Positions 1-11,153 of a stretch of DNA of 32,000 bases are shown one piece after another. The position numbers and the translations under genes were made by a program. Location: the NCBI GenBank assembly GCA_001430755.1, contig CP013062.1, positions 990,001 through 1,022,000 of the forward strand, read 5' to 3'. This stretch comes from Candidatus Peribacter riflensis (GTDB taxonomy: Bacteria > Patescibacteriota > Gracilibacteria > Peribacterales > Peribacteraceae). The notes below the pieces were generated by a model. The model made no database searches and was not told where the DNA came from. It saw nothing but the letters and a program-made list of their open reading frames with translations. Positions within the stretch are counted from its first letter, which is position 1; the number at the start of each line of letters is the position of its first letter.

Positions 1-1
1 C

Positions 2-739
2 CCCGCATTCATTGCCGTCAGTTCCTACACAAAAAACCGCATTGCAGAGGAATGTAACCGGCGCTGTTCATCGGCCCTCGCCGACCGTTTCCTTCGGAAG
101 ACACAGGTGGTCTACAACGCCATCTGTTTACCCTCCGTTCCGGAAGAGCACGTACGAAGTGACCGAAAGCAAATTCTGCTCATTGGACCCCTGAAGCCGC
201 GTAAAGGCGTTCTCGAGGCCGTGGAGGCATGCGCCCTCTATCGCCAGATGCACGCCAATCCCTTCACACTGCGGATCATCGGCACACAGGACGATTCCGC
301 GTACTCGCGTACCGTCGAACAGAGAATTGTGGCACTCCACATGCAGGATGAGGTCCGCTTCGAGGGTGTGCTCCCCCAGGACAAACTCGATGCCGCCTAC
401 CGCTCCGCGGACCTGCTACTTCTGCCCGCCCGCACCACCGAAACGACGTTCGAGGGATTCGGCTTAGTCTTCATCGAGGCCGCTTCATACGGCGTTCCCT
501 CTATCGGACCCACGACGAGTGGGGCGGCGGAAGCCATCGAGGAAGGGAAGAGCGGCTACCGTGTCCGCCCGGATGATGCTGCGCAAATCGCACAAAGGAT
601 GCACTCCATTCTCGATGAGCACCGGATCGACCCGGAAACGTGCCGCGCGTGGGCGCAGCGTTTCTCGATCGCGTCCATGGCGGCTGCCATGAGCGGGCTC
701 TATGCCACTGCCGTTGGCAGCGAGATCCCCGGCCTCTGA
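2..739 (+). CDS. Glycosyltransferase family 1/4 (GT-B), C-terminal part. The 5' end lies upstream of the window.
   Basis: The reading frame is open from nt 2, and ORF 107..739 is its in-frame tail. It carries the C-terminal GT1 signature [19 protein letters not shown] and an upstream [12 protein letters not shown] segment. Confidence 0.8.
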   Translation, partial: PAFIAVSSYTKNRIAEECNRRCSSALADRFLRKTQVVYNAICLPSVPEEHVRSDRKQILLIGPLKPRKGVLEAVEACALYRQMHANPFTLRIIGTQDDSAYSRTVEQRIVALHMQDEVRFEGVLPQDKLDAAYRSADLLLLPARTTETTFEGFGLVFIEAASYGVPSIGPTTSGAAEAIEEGKSGYRVRPDDAAQIAQRMHSILDEHRIDPETCRAWAQRFSIASMAAAMSGLYATAVGSEIPGL

Positions 740-1773
740 ACGCCGACCATATCCAAATCCGCCTGCAGCATGATTTCAACAAGCTCCGGCAGCGTCATCG
801 TCGGCTCCCAACCAAGGACACGTCGTGCTTTGGAGGCATCTCCCAGGAGACAATCAACCTCGGCAGGACGTTCGTAGCGGGGATCGAGACGGACGATCAC
901 TTTGCCCGTGCGCGCATCGCGGTACACCTCATCTTTGCCGGTACCGCTCTTTTCGAAAGGGATCAATGCCGCGGTGAGCGCCAGCTCGAGGAACTCCCGC
1001 ACGGTGGCCGTGCGGCCCGTGGCGAGCACGAAATCCTCGGGGGCGGGCTGCTGGAGCATCATCCACATCCCCTCTACGAATTCTTTGGCGTAGCCCCAGT
1101 CGCGCTTGGCTTCCAGGTTGCCGAGGGCGAGACACTCCTGCTTGCCTGCGAGCATGTTTGCGATACTCAGCGTGATCTTGCGTGTCACGAAGTTCTCGCT
1201 GCGGCGGGGCGACTCGTGATTGAAGAGAATGCCGTTCACGGCGAACATGCCGTAGCTTTCACGATAGTTGCGGGTGAGGTAGAAGGCATAGGCCTTGGCA
1301 CACCCATAGGGACTGCGCGGGTAGAACGATGTTTCTTCGTTCTGGGGAGTCGTCACGGACTTTCCGTAGAGCTCGCTCGAGCTCGCCTGGTAGAACTTGG
1401 CCGGAATGCCAGTGGTGCGCAGGGCTTCGAGCAGGCGCGTCGTCCCTATCCCTGTGATATCCCCCGTGTACTCCGGCATGTCGAAACTCACACCAACGTG
1501 GCTCTGGGCCGCAAGGTTGTAGACCTCGTCCGGCCGGACGGCGAGGAGAATGCGCAACAGGGAATTACTGTCACCCAGATCACCGTAGTGCAATTGGACA
1601 TTGGGCGCGTCGCGCGAGATGTCCTTGAATAGGTGTTCGATGCGTCCACGGTTGAAGGTGGAGGCGCGCCGGACTATGCCGTGGACTTCGTACCCCTTGC
1701 TGAGCAGAAATTCTGCGAGGTACGAGCCATCCTGCCCCGTGATGCCTGTGATGAGTGCTCGTTTCTTCGTCAT
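700..1773 (-). CDS. gmd: GDP-mannose 4,6-dehydratase
   Basis: 357-aa ORF. The N-terminus [24 protein letters not shown] and the full-length extended-SDR pattern are typical of Gmd. Its 3' end overlaps the convergent GT gene by 40 nt. Confidence 0.93.
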   Translation of the reverse strand: MTKKRALITGITGQDGSYLAEFLLSKGYEVHGIVRRASTFNRGRIEHLFKDISRDAPNVQLHYGDLGDSNSLLRILLAVRPDEVYNLAAQSHVGVSFDMPEYTGDITGIGTTRLLEALRTTGIPAKFYQASSSELYGKSVTTPQNEETSFYPRSPYGCAKAYAFYLTRNYRESYGMFAVNGILFNHESPRRSENFVTRKITLSIANMLAGKQECLALGNLEAKRDWGYAKEFVEGMWMMLQQPAPEDFVLATGRTATVREFLELALTAALIPFEKSGTGKDEVYRDARTGKVIVRLDPRYERPAEVDCLLGDASKARRVLGWEPTMTLPELVEIMLQADLDMVGVQRPGISLPTAVA

Positions 1774-1775
1774 CG

Positions 1776-2825
1776 TCAGGATGGGAGCACCGCAACACGG
1801 AAGTAATCGGCCAGCACCTCGCGCAAGAGGGTGCGAATCTGGTCCTTGGAGAGGGGCGGAATCTTGGAGGAATCGCTGCGGTCTGCCGAGACACCCTTCA
1901 CCGGAGTCTGCTTCGAGCCGTACGGGGTCAGGATCCTGGGATGCACCACGAACATGTCCTTCTCCTCGGTGGCGCTCTGCGCTTCTTCCGTCGTCATGAG
2001 AATCTCTTCCATCTTCTCCCCGGGACGCGCACCCACGATCTGCTGGCGAATGGAAGAGGGATCACGTCCAAAACGCGGGGCGAGCTCATCGATGAGAACA
2101 TTGATCATGTCGCCGAGGCGCAGCACCGGCATCTTCAGGATGAACAGTTCGCCCCCTTGCATCTGCTCCATGGCACGGAAGGTGAGGGCGACGGCCTGCG
2201 GTATGGACATGAAGAAACGGATCATCTTGGGATCGGTGATCGTTACTGGTCCTCCGTTTTCGATCTGGCGGCAGAAGAGCGGCAGCACGGACCCGCGTGA
2301 AGCGAGCACGTTGCCGAAGCGCACCGACGCGAACCGGATCGGGCGTGAGCCCGCGGCGTGTGCCGCCGATGTCATCATCTTTTCAGCGAGCAATTTGGTC
2401 GCACCCATGACATTCGAGGGGCTAGCGGCCTTGTCGGTGGAAATCAGGAGGACGCGACCTACGTTCTGCGCGATGGCCGCATCGATCACGTTCTGCGTGC
2501 CGATGACATTCGTCTTCACAGCTTCGAACGAATTGTATTCGCAGAACGGCACATGCTTGTAGGCAGCGCAGTGGAACACGTAATCCACTCCTTCCATGGC
2601 ACGCAGAAGACGGGGGTAATCGCGGACATCCCCAAGGAAGTAACGGACATCATCCTGCGGACGCGCTCCCAGCTCCTGCTCCAAAAGGTATTGCTTATGC
2701 TCATCGCGAGAAAAGATCCGAATTGCTTTAGGCTCCTGGACGAGAAGCTGCCGCACCACTTCCGAGCCGATGGAGCCGGTTGCGCCGGTGACGAGGATGG
2801 TTTTGGAGCGGAAGAACGACGTCAT
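1776..2825 (-). CDS. CapD/PglF/WbpM-type nucleotide-sugar (UDP-HexNAc) 4,6-dehydratase, soluble form
   Basis: ORF 1776..2900 trimmed to the ATG at 2825 ([22 protein letters not shown]). It has the motifs CAAYKHVP and [16 protein letters not shown]. The start is uncertain, with an alternative ATG at 2864. Confidence 0.8.
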   Translation of the reverse strand: MTSFFRSKTILVTGATGSIGSEVVRQLLVQEPKAIRIFSRDEHKQYLLEQELGARPQDDVRYFLGDVRDYPRLLRAMEGVDYVFHCAAYKHVPFCEYNSFEAVKTNVIGTQNVIDAAIAQNVGRVLLISTDKAASPSNVMGATKLLAEKMMTSAAHAAGSRPIRFASVRFGNVLASRGSVLPLFCRQIENGGPVTITDPKMIRFFMSIPQAVALTFRAMEQMQGGELFILKMPVLRLGDMINVLIDELAPRFGRDPSSIRQQIVGARPGEKMEEILMTTEEAQSATEEKDMFVVHPRILTPYGSKQTPVKGVSADRSDSSKIPPLSKDQIRTLLREVLADYFRVAVLPS

Positions 2826-2890
2826 AAGAAAGCGAGCGGGAGGCCGATAAACTCGAGGAGCCATCGTACACCTGAAACGGTCCTGTGCCA

Positions 2891-2912
2891 TTAAAAACAC
2901 GAGGAATCGTGC
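2891..2912 (-). terminator. Weak candidate intrinsic terminator after the SDR gene
   Basis: The minus strand reads gcacga-ttcc-tcgtgt followed by ttttaa. This is a 5-6 bp stem plus a T-run, located in the 94-nt gap 2826-2919. Confidence 0.3.
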
Positions 2913-2919
2913 AATAGGC

Positions 2920-3762
2920 CTAAAGGAGTTGCGTGCGGAAATACTGCTCCAGGCGATGGGTCGGGTGGTGGGATCCCAGATGAGAGAGCTTGTCGGTACT
3001 CAGTACATCAATATTGCCGTGAGGAGATCCGCTGCCGTACTTCACATCCAGGGGACGCCCCACGATACCTTCACACAGCGCAATGATCTCGCGGATCGAG
3101 AAGCATTCAGAACCAGCGACGTTCACGATGCCGGTCACGGCGTGCGACACGAGGTCATGGAGGATGAGAGCTGCGTCGTCCACATGCAGAAAATGGCGCC
3201 GCAGCGTCCCGTCATGATCCGCAATCACTATGGGTCGGCTGTTGCGGATACACTCCGTCAGATACCACGGCAACCCTTTCGTTTGGCCCGGTCCATAGAG
3301 ATTGCAGAGGCGCGGAATCAGCACCTGATCGGCAGGGAGTCCCTGCTGCACTCGAGATTCTGCTGATGCTTTTGCTTTGGCATACGGCGTTTCCGGCCGG
3401 AGCGGGGACGATTCGTCCGCCTGCTTCGCCGTCCCGTAGACCTGCGTCGTCGAAATCTGGACGAGAATCTGCCGTTCGGGATCCAGGGCGGCAATAAGGT
3501 TTGCAATGCCCGTCGTATTGAGGGATGTGCACAGCTCCATGGACGGTGTCACCTGACCGGTGAGATTGATCACCACGTCGAAGGAGCGAACACCGGCAAG
3601 CGAAGAGGGCTGAAGGAGATCGATGGCGAGAGCGCGCGGATTCGAAGCATCGCCCTTGGAACTCGAGTACGTGACGGAAAACCGCTCGTCCCCGGCGAAC
3701 GCCCTCCGCAGAGCAGACCCGACGAAGCCCGTTCCTCCGATGAGCAGGACAGATCTACTCAT
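2920..3762 (-). CDS. NAD-dependent epimerase/dehydratase (SDR), possibly the reductase partner of Gmd
   Basis: 280 aa. It has the Rossmann motif LLIGGTGFVGSAL and a YxxxK (PYAKAK). Substrate specificity cannot be read from the sequence. Confidence 0.75.
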   Translation of the reverse strand: MSRSVLLIGGTGFVGSALRRAFAGDERFSVTYSSSKGDASNPRALAIDLLQPSSLAGVRSFDVVINLTGQVTPSMELCTSLNTTGIANLIAALDPERQILVQISTTQVYGTAKQADESSPLRPETPYAKAKASAESRVQQGLPADQVLIPRLCNLYGPGQTKGLPWYLTECIRNSRPIVIADHDGTLRRHFLHVDDAALILHDLVSHAVTGIVNVAGSECFSIREIIALCEGIVGRPLDVKYGSGSPHGNIDVLSTDKLSHLGSHHPTHRLEQYFRTQLL

Positions 3763-4891
3763 AGAATTTCTTCTGGATGATTCCGGTCAGGGAAATTTCC
3801 TTCAAGACCTTGTAAATTTTGGGCGCTGTGTGGCCGTCGCCGTACGGGTTCACAACAGTCGTAAGAGATTGGCGATACTGCGCGTCGAAGAGCGCTTTGC
3901 GGAGCGCCGCAACGATTTCCGCCGTGTCATAGCCGACATCGATCACGCTGACCGGGCGCTCCCTCCCCTGCTGGCGCGTGCCGATGTTGATCGTGGGAAT
4001 GTGGAACGTGGCGGCCTCGTGAATCCCCGAACTGGAATTCCCCACGATCGCACTGATGTGACGATACAAATTGGCGAAGGTCACCACGTCGATGCTGGGG
4101 AACCACTGAAGACCGGATTGCCGGACGCTCTGAACGATCTTGCTGAACCCCGCATCGTTGTTGGGAAGCAGTGCGATGATCTGTACCTCCACCTCCTTGA
4201 GAGCGGCGAGCGTCGCCTCGATTTGACGTCGTGAATCCAGATTCTCAGTCGTGACGGGATGCTGAATGAGCACCACCGTCGGCTTCGACAAGTCGACATG
4301 GAATTGCTGTTCGAGCTGCTCTTTCGGAATGGCCGGAGCATTGATGAGGACATCGAGGGACGGGCAGCCGACCACGAAAATATGCGCGGGATCCTCACCC
4401 ATGGACACCAGGCGCCGCTTGGCATCTTCCGTTGCGGGAAAATGGATGTGCGCGAACTTGCTCATGGCATGCCGCAGGCTTTCATCGATGCTGCCGGTGA
4501 CTTCACCGCCCTGGATGTGTGCCACAGGAATATTCATGTGCGCGGCGGCGACCGTCGTCGCAAAGTTGGCACCGATATCGAAACCGGTGAGCACGAGATC
4601 GGGCTTCATCTCCTCGAGGATATCGACGATGCCACTCAGCACCCGGCTGATGCCACGCACCATCTCTGCCCCGCTATCAGGAGAGTGCTCCGTGAACATG
4701 GGGATCGTGGTATGCACCGTGAACCCGTCCGCTTTGATCTTCTCAATATCTTCTCCATGCCCGGGCAGAAGGTTGATCCCGGTGACCACCAAATGGAGAT
4801 CGAAGGAGGGATCGGCCTTGAGCAACTGAAGAACCGGACGGTAGCGGCTATAATCGGCCCGGCGCTCGATGACGACGAGGATTTTGCGCAT
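3755..4891 (-). CDS. neuC: UDP-N-acetylglucosamine 2-epimerase, hydrolysing (NeuC/LegG family)
   Basis: 378 aa. It contains the HIQGGEVTGSIDESLRHAMSKFAHIHF block typical of NeuC-type epimerases. It overlaps the upstream SDR start by 8 nt. Confidence 0.88.
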   Translation of the reverse strand: MRKILVVIERRADYSRYRPVLQLLKADPSFDLHLVVTGINLLPGHGEDIEKIKADGFTVHTTIPMFTEHSPDSGAEMVRGISRVLSGIVDILEEMKPDLVLTGFDIGANFATTVAAAHMNIPVAHIQGGEVTGSIDESLRHAMSKFAHIHFPATEDAKRRLVSMGEDPAHIFVVGCPSLDVLINAPAIPKEQLEQQFHVDLSKPTVVLIQHPVTTENLDSRRQIEATLAALKEVEVQIIALLPNNDAGFSKIVQSVRQSGLQWFPSIDVVTFANLYRHISAIVGNSSSGIHEAATFHIPTINIGTRQQGRERPVSVIDVGYDTAEIVAALRKALFDAQYRQSLTTVVNPYGDGHTAPKIYKVLKEISLTGIIQKKFYE

Positions 4892-4906
4892 GAGAGCCAG
4901 AGCATA

Positions 4907-5959
4907 CTACGAGCGCCCGAGGACATCAGCCCATTTCACCTGTATTCCGCCCTCCAAATCCTTTGCCGCCTTCTTCCCGAGGAGAGCAGAGAAATCTTTG
5001 GCTTTGATTTCTCCCGTTCCCGGGCGTTTCACCCAGATATTCTTCTCTGTGAATGTCTCGCCCGCCCGCACAGGGACGATGGTGACCACGCAAGCATAGG
5101 CGAAATTGATGACATCTTGTTCCTCGGGGAGCACCGTCTTGGACCCGCCGAGCGCCGCATGGATGGCGCGACTACCCTGGATGAGATCGTTCAACTCCGC
5201 GGGGTTGATGGAGATGGCAATATCCGGACCCTCCCATTCCCGCGTGGAAGTGAAGTGCTTCTCGAGGATACTCGCCCCCAGGGACACGGCTCCCAGGCAC
5301 GTCCAGATGCCGAGTGAGTGGTCACTCAACCCCGTCACGGCATCGGGGAAGGCATTCTGGATGTCCGCAATCGCACCCAGCCGCACCTTGTCGTACGGCG
5401 TGGGATACATGGATGTGCAGTGCAGCAAGGCGAAGGGAATCTTGCGGGCACGCAGGATCTCGACTGCAGGACGGATGGAGGCGATATCGTTCATCCCGGT
5501 GCTCAGGATCACCGGCTTGCCGCACACCGCGACATGCTCGATGAGCGGGTAATTGTTGCATTCCCCGGATCCGATCTTGAACGCGGCTATGTCCATGCGG
5601 ATGAGCCGGTCCGCAGCCGCGCGCGAGAAAGGGGTGCTCAGGTAGAGCATCTTCCTACTCTCGACGTAGCGCTTCAGCTCCCGCTCCTGTTCTTCGTTGA
5701 ACGCGCAACGCTCCATGATGTCCCAGATACTCTCCTTGGTATGGCCGGGAATAACCTTTTTTGCAACAGGTGCCATCTCGTCGTCCACAACATGGGACTG
5801 GAATTTCACACATTCGGCGCCAGCCGCCGCGGCATCGTCGACCATCGTCTTCGCCTTCTCCATGCTTCCCTCATGATTAATGCCGATTTCGGCGATGACG
5901 AATGGAGGGAACTCCCGGCCGATGATGCGTCCCGCAATGCGGAGAGATGGAACCGCCAT
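4907..5959 (-). CDS. neuB: N-acetylneuraminate / legionaminate synthase (NeuB/LegI family)
   Basis: 350 aa. It has FVIAEIGINHEGSMEKAKTMVDDAAAAGAECVKFQ and a C-terminal SAF-like domain (VKRPGTGEIKA). Confidence 0.9.
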   Translation of the reverse strand: MAVPSLRIAGRIIGREFPPFVIAEIGINHEGSMEKAKTMVDDAAAAGAECVKFQSHVVDDEMAPVAKKVIPGHTKESIWDIMERCAFNEEQERELKRYVESRKMLYLSTPFSRAAADRLIRMDIAAFKIGSGECNNYPLIEHVAVCGKPVILSTGMNDIASIRPAVEILRARKIPFALLHCTSMYPTPYDKVRLGAIADIQNAFPDAVTGLSDHSLGIWTCLGAVSLGASILEKHFTSTREWEGPDIAISINPAELNDLIQGSRAIHAALGGSKTVLPEEQDVINFAYACVVTIVPVRAGETFTEKNIWVKRPGTGEIKAKDFSALLGKKAAKDLEGGIQVKWADVLGRS

Positions 5960-5971
5960 AGTGCACGGATC

Positions 5972-6000
5972 AATCTATAAACAATCCCGGATGGGGGCAA
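5972..6000 (-). promoter_or_regulatory. Candidate sigma70-type promoter for neuB
   Basis: The minus strand reads TTGCCC-N17-TAGATT. The ATG (5959) lies 12 nt after the -10 element. Confidence 0.35.
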
Positions 6001-6026
6001 TGCGGAAAGACAACGAAGACGAATTC

Positions 6027-6054
6027 TTGACGTTTCACATCGATTCGCTAGGGT
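6027..6054 (+). promoter_or_regulatory. Candidate sigma70-type promoter for the zinc-ribbon methyltransferase
   Basis: TTGACG-N16-TAGGGT. The ATG (6067) lies 12 nt after the -10 element. The -35 hexamer is the same as in the rRNA promoter. Confidence 0.4.
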
Positions 6055-6066
6055 GACGGAACAGTC

Positions 6067-7014
6067 ATGCCCTCCTGCACGCTCTGCCAATCGACCCATC
6101 TCACGGTCATCCGCAAGAAACTGCGTTATGACATCGAGCGGGATGTCCTCCGGTGCGAACAGTGCGACTATGTCTTCCTGCGCCCCCTGGAGGAGAAAGA
6201 GAAAGATTTCTATGAGGAGAAGACGTACCGCAATACGTACGGTCCCGACCTGACCAAGAAGTCGAATTCCCAGGAGATCTTCGATACCTATTTCCCCTAC
6301 CAGCAGCAGATCATCAGCTGCATCGAGCCGCTCCTCAGACCCGACATGCGCGTGCTCGACGTCGGCTGCTCGACGGGGCACTTCCTCGCCGCGCTCAAGG
6401 GAAAAGTAAATGTGCGGGTCGGATTGGAGCTCAGCCAGGATGCTGTGGACTTCATCCGGGCGCATTTGGATTTCCCCGTGTACGGAGATCCGATCGAGGA
6501 GGCCGCTATCGCCGAAGGTCCTTTCGATCTCATCACCTCTCTCCAAGTCGTGGAGCATGTGAAAGACCCGGTGGCGTTCCTCCGGGCGATCGGGACGCAC
6601 CTCAAGCCCGGGGGGTATCTGTACCTCGAAGTCCCCAATCTGCACGATATCCTGCTCGACCACTACCACATCCCTGGCTACGCCGATTTCTACTTCCGCG
6701 AGCCACATATCTCCTACTTCACCAAGAATACGTTCCAGGACGCGATTGATAAGGCGGGCTTCGTCGGGACAATGGGCAACGTGCAGCGCTATAATTTCCT
6801 GAATCATCTCCACTGGAAAATCACCGGAGGCCCCCAGCCCAATTTCGGATTGGGGAACAGCGATCCCATTCTCATCGACCATGAGAAAGACATTTCTCCA
6901 GTCGCGCAGGATTTCAACACGTTCTTCCGTAGGGCAGACGAGGAGTACCGAGCACTCATCGAAAAACACTGGCTGGGCGAGAGCCTGACCTTCCTTGGGC
7001 AGAAGAAAGCCTGA
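6067..7014 (+). CDS. Class I SAM-dependent methyltransferase with an N-terminal zinc ribbon
   Basis: 315 aa. It has a CTLC...CEQC pair at the N-terminus and the SAM motif VLDVGCSTGHF. It is the only plus-strand gene inside the minus-strand block. Confidence 0.8.
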   Translation: MPSCTLCQSTHLTVIRKKLRYDIERDVLRCEQCDYVFLRPLEEKEKDFYEEKTYRNTYGPDLTKKSNSQEIFDTYFPYQQQIISCIEPLLRPDMRVLDVGCSTGHFLAALKGKVNVRVGLELSQDAVDFIRAHLDFPVYGDPIEEAAIAEGPFDLITSLQVVEHVKDPVAFLRAIGTHLKPGGYLYLEVPNLHDILLDHYHIPGYADFYFREPHISYFTKNTFQDAIDKAGFVGTMGNVQRYNFLNHLHWKITGGPQPNFGLGNSDPILIDHEKDISPVAQDFNTFFRRADEEYRALIEKHWLGESLTFLGQKKA

Positions 7015-7018
7015 ACAG

Positions 7019-8329
<1,311 letters not shown>

Positions 8330-8338
8330 AGCAAAAGG

Positions 8339-8367
8339 AATATACGCGCCTGAGGATCGTGAATAAA
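8339..8367 (-). promoter_or_regulatory. Candidate internal promoter for the aminotransferase gene
   Basis: The minus strand reads TTTATT-N17-TATATT. The ATG (8329) lies 9 nt after the -10 element. The -35 element is weak. Confidence 0.3.
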
Positions 8368-8406
8368 CCTCTTCCTCTTAAATTGTTCTTTGTAGGGATG
8401 AGGGAC

Positions 8407-9153
8407 TTACAGCGCCGTCCAGCCGCCGTCCACAATCAGGTTCTGGCCGGTGATGTATTGCGCCTCATCGGAGAGGAGGAACGCTACAGCGGGAGCAATG
8501 TCATCGGGCTTGCCCATCCGCCCCAGAGGGACCCGCTTGCTGTAGCGATCAATAAACTCCTTCGGCTGGTTCTTGAGGTCCTCGATACCGCCCGGGGAAA
8601 CGGCGTTCACGCGTACGCCGGATTTGCCGTAGAAGGATGCCAGCGCCCTGGTCATCTGGATGATGCCACCTTTGATCGTCGCGTAGACGACCGGCGTGCC
8701 GATGCCAGGCAACCCCTCGTACAAACTATAATCCGGCGCCACGCACCCGTAGATGGAACCCATACTCACGAGAGAGCCGCTCCCCTGTTTCTTCATCTGT
8801 GTAAGAACGACGCGCGCACAGAGCGCATACCCGCCCAAGTGGCTGATGATATCCTTCTCGAAATCATGCTGCGGCTGTTCATCGAAGGGAAGGCGGAATG
8901 TAGAGCTCCGCGGATACGCGTTGTTCACCCAGCCGTCGATTTTGCCGAACTCTTTCACGATCGAGTCGACAACCGACTGCACGGACTTCTCGTCCGTGAT
9001 GTCAATGCGGCACTTCCCGTGCCCGAGATCGTCGGTGCACGCGATGTCCGCCGAGATCGCCGTCGCCCCGCATTCGCGGAGACGCTTCACCATGGTGCTC
9101 CCCAGAAGCCCCTGCCCGCCGGTGACCACGATGATCTTTCCGGTGAGATCCAT
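8407..9153 (-). CDS. Short-chain dehydrogenase/reductase (SDR)
   Basis: 248 aa. It has [11 protein letters not shown] (TGxxxGxG) and YATIK (YxxxK). Confidence 0.85.
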   Translation of the reverse strand: MDLTGKIIVVTGGQGLLGSTMVKRLRECGATAISADIACTDDLGHGKCRIDITDEKSVQSVVDSIVKEFGKIDGWVNNAYPRSSTFRLPFDEQPQHDFEKDIISHLGGYALCARVVLTQMKKQGSGSLVSMGSIYGCVAPDYSLYEGLPGIGTPVVYATIKGGIIQMTRALASFYGKSGVRVNAVSPGGIEDLKNQPKEFIDRYSKRVPLGRMGKPDDIAPAVAFLLSDEAQYITGQNLIVDGGWTAL

Positions 9154-9154
9154 A

Positions 9155-9880
9155 TCAGGAGGGGAAGGAGAAATTCAGCTTATCGTGCTTGAGCAAATAC
9201 TCAAGGAAGTCCATATCAAGCGGCGCATCGATCTCGAAACAGGGATGCGGCATAAGGTAGGCGAGTGACCGGTCGGGGAGGTGCAGCTCTGCTTGTTCGA
9301 AATACGCACGGCGGTAGAAGTAGAAGGATGCATTTTCATCGTAGACCTTGGGTCCCTCCTGTCGGGAGAGAACGTTAGCTGCCGGCTTCTTCACCAGATG
9401 AACGAATCCGTCCTTCCCCTCTTCCACCATATCGAAGTACGGGTTGTGCGTCGGAAAACTCACCGTGAAGATGTTGAGTGCATCGGGTTTGGCCTCAATC
9501 TTCGCGAAAGCGGCATCCAGATCCTCCGTCGTGCGGAGCGGGGAAGTGACATCCAGATCCAGAATGTATTCGTAGGTTTTGCCGCGCACGGTTTCCTCAT
9601 GCACCACGAGATCCCGGAGAACGGGAAGCTTGCCGGCACTGTCGGATGCCAACGCGGCGGGACGCACGTAGTCGCTCTTGAGTCCGTACTCCGCAGCGAC
9701 ACGGCGAATGTCGTCGCTGTCCGTGGAGAGCGCGATATCCGCTCCCCCCCGGTGTTCCGCGTACATCTGTGCGTGTCGGATGGAGTAGGCGATGAGCGGC
9801 TGTCCGTTCACCGGACGGATATTCTTGCCGGGGATCCCTTTGGACCCGCCGCGCGCACAGATGGTGATGAGGAGTGACAT
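9155..9880 (-). CDS. neuA: Acylneuraminate (CMP-nonulosonate) cytidylyltransferase
   Basis: 241 aa. The N-terminus [30 protein letters not shown] is typical of the NeuA/LegF family. Confidence 0.88.
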   Translation of the reverse strand: MSLLITICARGGSKGIPGKNIRPVNGQPLIAYSIRHAQMYAEHRGGADIALSTDSDDIRRVAAEYGLKSDYVRPAALASDSAGKLPVLRDLVVHEETVRGKTYEYILDLDVTSPLRTTEDLDAAFAKIEAKPDALNIFTVSFPTHNPYFDMVEEGKDGFVHLVKKPAANVLSRQEGPKVYDENASFYFYRRAYFEQAELHLPDRSLAYLMPHPCFEIDAPLDMDFLEYLLKHDKLNFSFPS

Positions 9881-9892
9881 AGAGAGGAAAAA

Positions 9893-11074
9893 TCAGGAAG
9901 TTTTCTTCTGATACTTCGCCCACGCATCCTTGGGAAGGAGCACCTCGCCGTACGAGGATGGCTCGCCCCAGAGATTGTCCTTCCACCACTCGCCGTTCTG
10001 AATCCACCAGACCCGCGGATCGCGGAACGTATCCGCAATGCGGAAGAATTCCTCCTCCTGCATGCCGGTCATGGAGAGGAAATACTTCAGTGATTTCTGT
10101 GGAATGGCATGATCGTACTGGCGCACCAGTGCAATGCCCTGCTCGCGCGGCATGAGGCCGAGGCGGATATCTTTGGACGTATGATCGGTGCACCGGCCAT
10201 ACCCGAACTTCACGAACTTCAACCAGTCCTTGATGCCGTTCTCGTGGATATCATCCACATTCGAGGTACGGCGGTACGTGCGCTCGAAAGCTTCCTCACT
10301 GGCCTGGAATCCATACTTCTTCATATTCTCGGCGTTCGCGTTGCCGTCCCAGTACAGGTACACACCCAGAAAGATACCGCGCACGCCCACGCGGGCAACC
10401 TCTTCGTCTGTCGGGAACTTGGCCCAGAGCAGATCCTTCTCCGTGAGCCCCTCCTTGCCGACGAAATCATTCCAGTCATAGCCCCGCAGTGAACTCTCCT
10501 TGCGATCGCGCACCGTGAATTCCGGCCGGTCGGCGAAACTGTACTGCCCCGCAAGGTCGAGGAACCCGTGCTCCCCATACACGACCAGCGGAATATTAAA
10601 CTGCACCGCGACACGGAACGGCACTGTCCACATGCCGCAGTGGAAATGCCAGCTCATGTCGCCGAGCATCTTGAAGCTGGCGCGGTTCATCCGCTTATAG
10701 GTCTCGAGGCTCGGCGTGAAGACGTAGTGATCCACACCGAACGCGCGGCTGATGTTGCGCAGGTTCTTCTCGCCAGTCTCGGTGTAGTTGTGAGTGTAGT
10801 ACGTGACGAGAAGCGGGTTCAGCTTGAGCTTCTCCTTGATGTACCACACCTGGAAGTGGCTGTCCTTGCCGCCGCTCACCGGTACGACGCAGTCATAATT
10901 GCTGCCATCTTTTTTCTGATAGGAAAAAAGGAGCTCATGCAATTCCTCCTCGCGCGCCGCCCAGTCAATACGCTTCTTCTCCTCATTGACGATGCACCCG
11001 CTGCACACTCCATCCTCCCCCATCGACAGGTTCACGGCGATGATGGGATACGTGCAGCGCTTGCAGTACTGCAT
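9893..11074 (-). CDS. N-acetyl sugar amidotransferase (WbuX/WbpG/PseA family, PP-loop)
   Basis: 393 aa. It has an N-terminal CKRC...CSGC zinc ribbon followed by the PP-loop VSGGKDS. Confidence 0.85.
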   Translation of the reverse strand: MQYCKRCTYPIIAVNLSMGEDGVCSGCIVNEEKKRIDWAAREEELHELLFSYQKKDGSNYDCVVPVSGGKDSHFQVWYIKEKLKLNPLLVTYYTHNYTETGEKNLRNISRAFGVDHYVFTPSLETYKRMNRASFKMLGDMSWHFHCGMWTVPFRVAVQFNIPLVVYGEHGFLDLAGQYSFADRPEFTVRDRKESSLRGYDWNDFVGKEGLTEKDLLWAKFPTDEEVARVGVRGIFLGVYLYWDGNANAENMKKYGFQASEEAFERTYRRTSNVDDIHENGIKDWLKFVKFGYGRCTDHTSKDIRLGLMPREQGIALVRQYDHAIPQKSLKYFLSMTGMQEEEFFRIADTFRDPRVWWIQNGEWWKDNLWGEPSSYGEVLLPKDAWAKYQKKTS

Positions 11075-11153
11075 GGAGAACGGGAAATGATCGCAGGCAG
11101 TCTAACGCCGGAGAGAGAGCGGGAACAACAAAAACAAGCGCGAAAACCGGCAT

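Noticed and set aside
700-739. The 40-nt 3'-end overlap of the convergent gmd and GT1 genes considered as a regulatory antisense arrangement.
   Set aside because: Both C-terminal tails are non-conserved extensions in GC-rich sequence, where stops are rare. The overlap is more simply explained by late stop codons.
640-1632. Long antisense ORFs opposite well-supported genes. Examples are 640..1632 (+), 4259..5317 (+), 5806..6969 (-), 6995..8029 (+), 11211..12473 (+), 13531..14691 (-), 20420..21082 (-), 21022..21690 (-) and 28387..29511 (-).
   Set aside because: Their translations are Arg/Gly/His/Pro-rich with no recognisable motifs. Each lies exactly opposite a gene with clear family signatures. 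Such stop-free antisense frames are expected in DNA of about 60% GC.
2826-2900. N-terminal extensions offered by the ORF track (2826-2900, 12603-13037 on the HisH-like gene, 12624-12698, 25152-25187).
   Set aside because: The extensions lack similarity to the respective families. They would eliminate the intergenic promoters, and internal ATG/GTG starts give canonical N-termini. The trimmed starts remain predictions.
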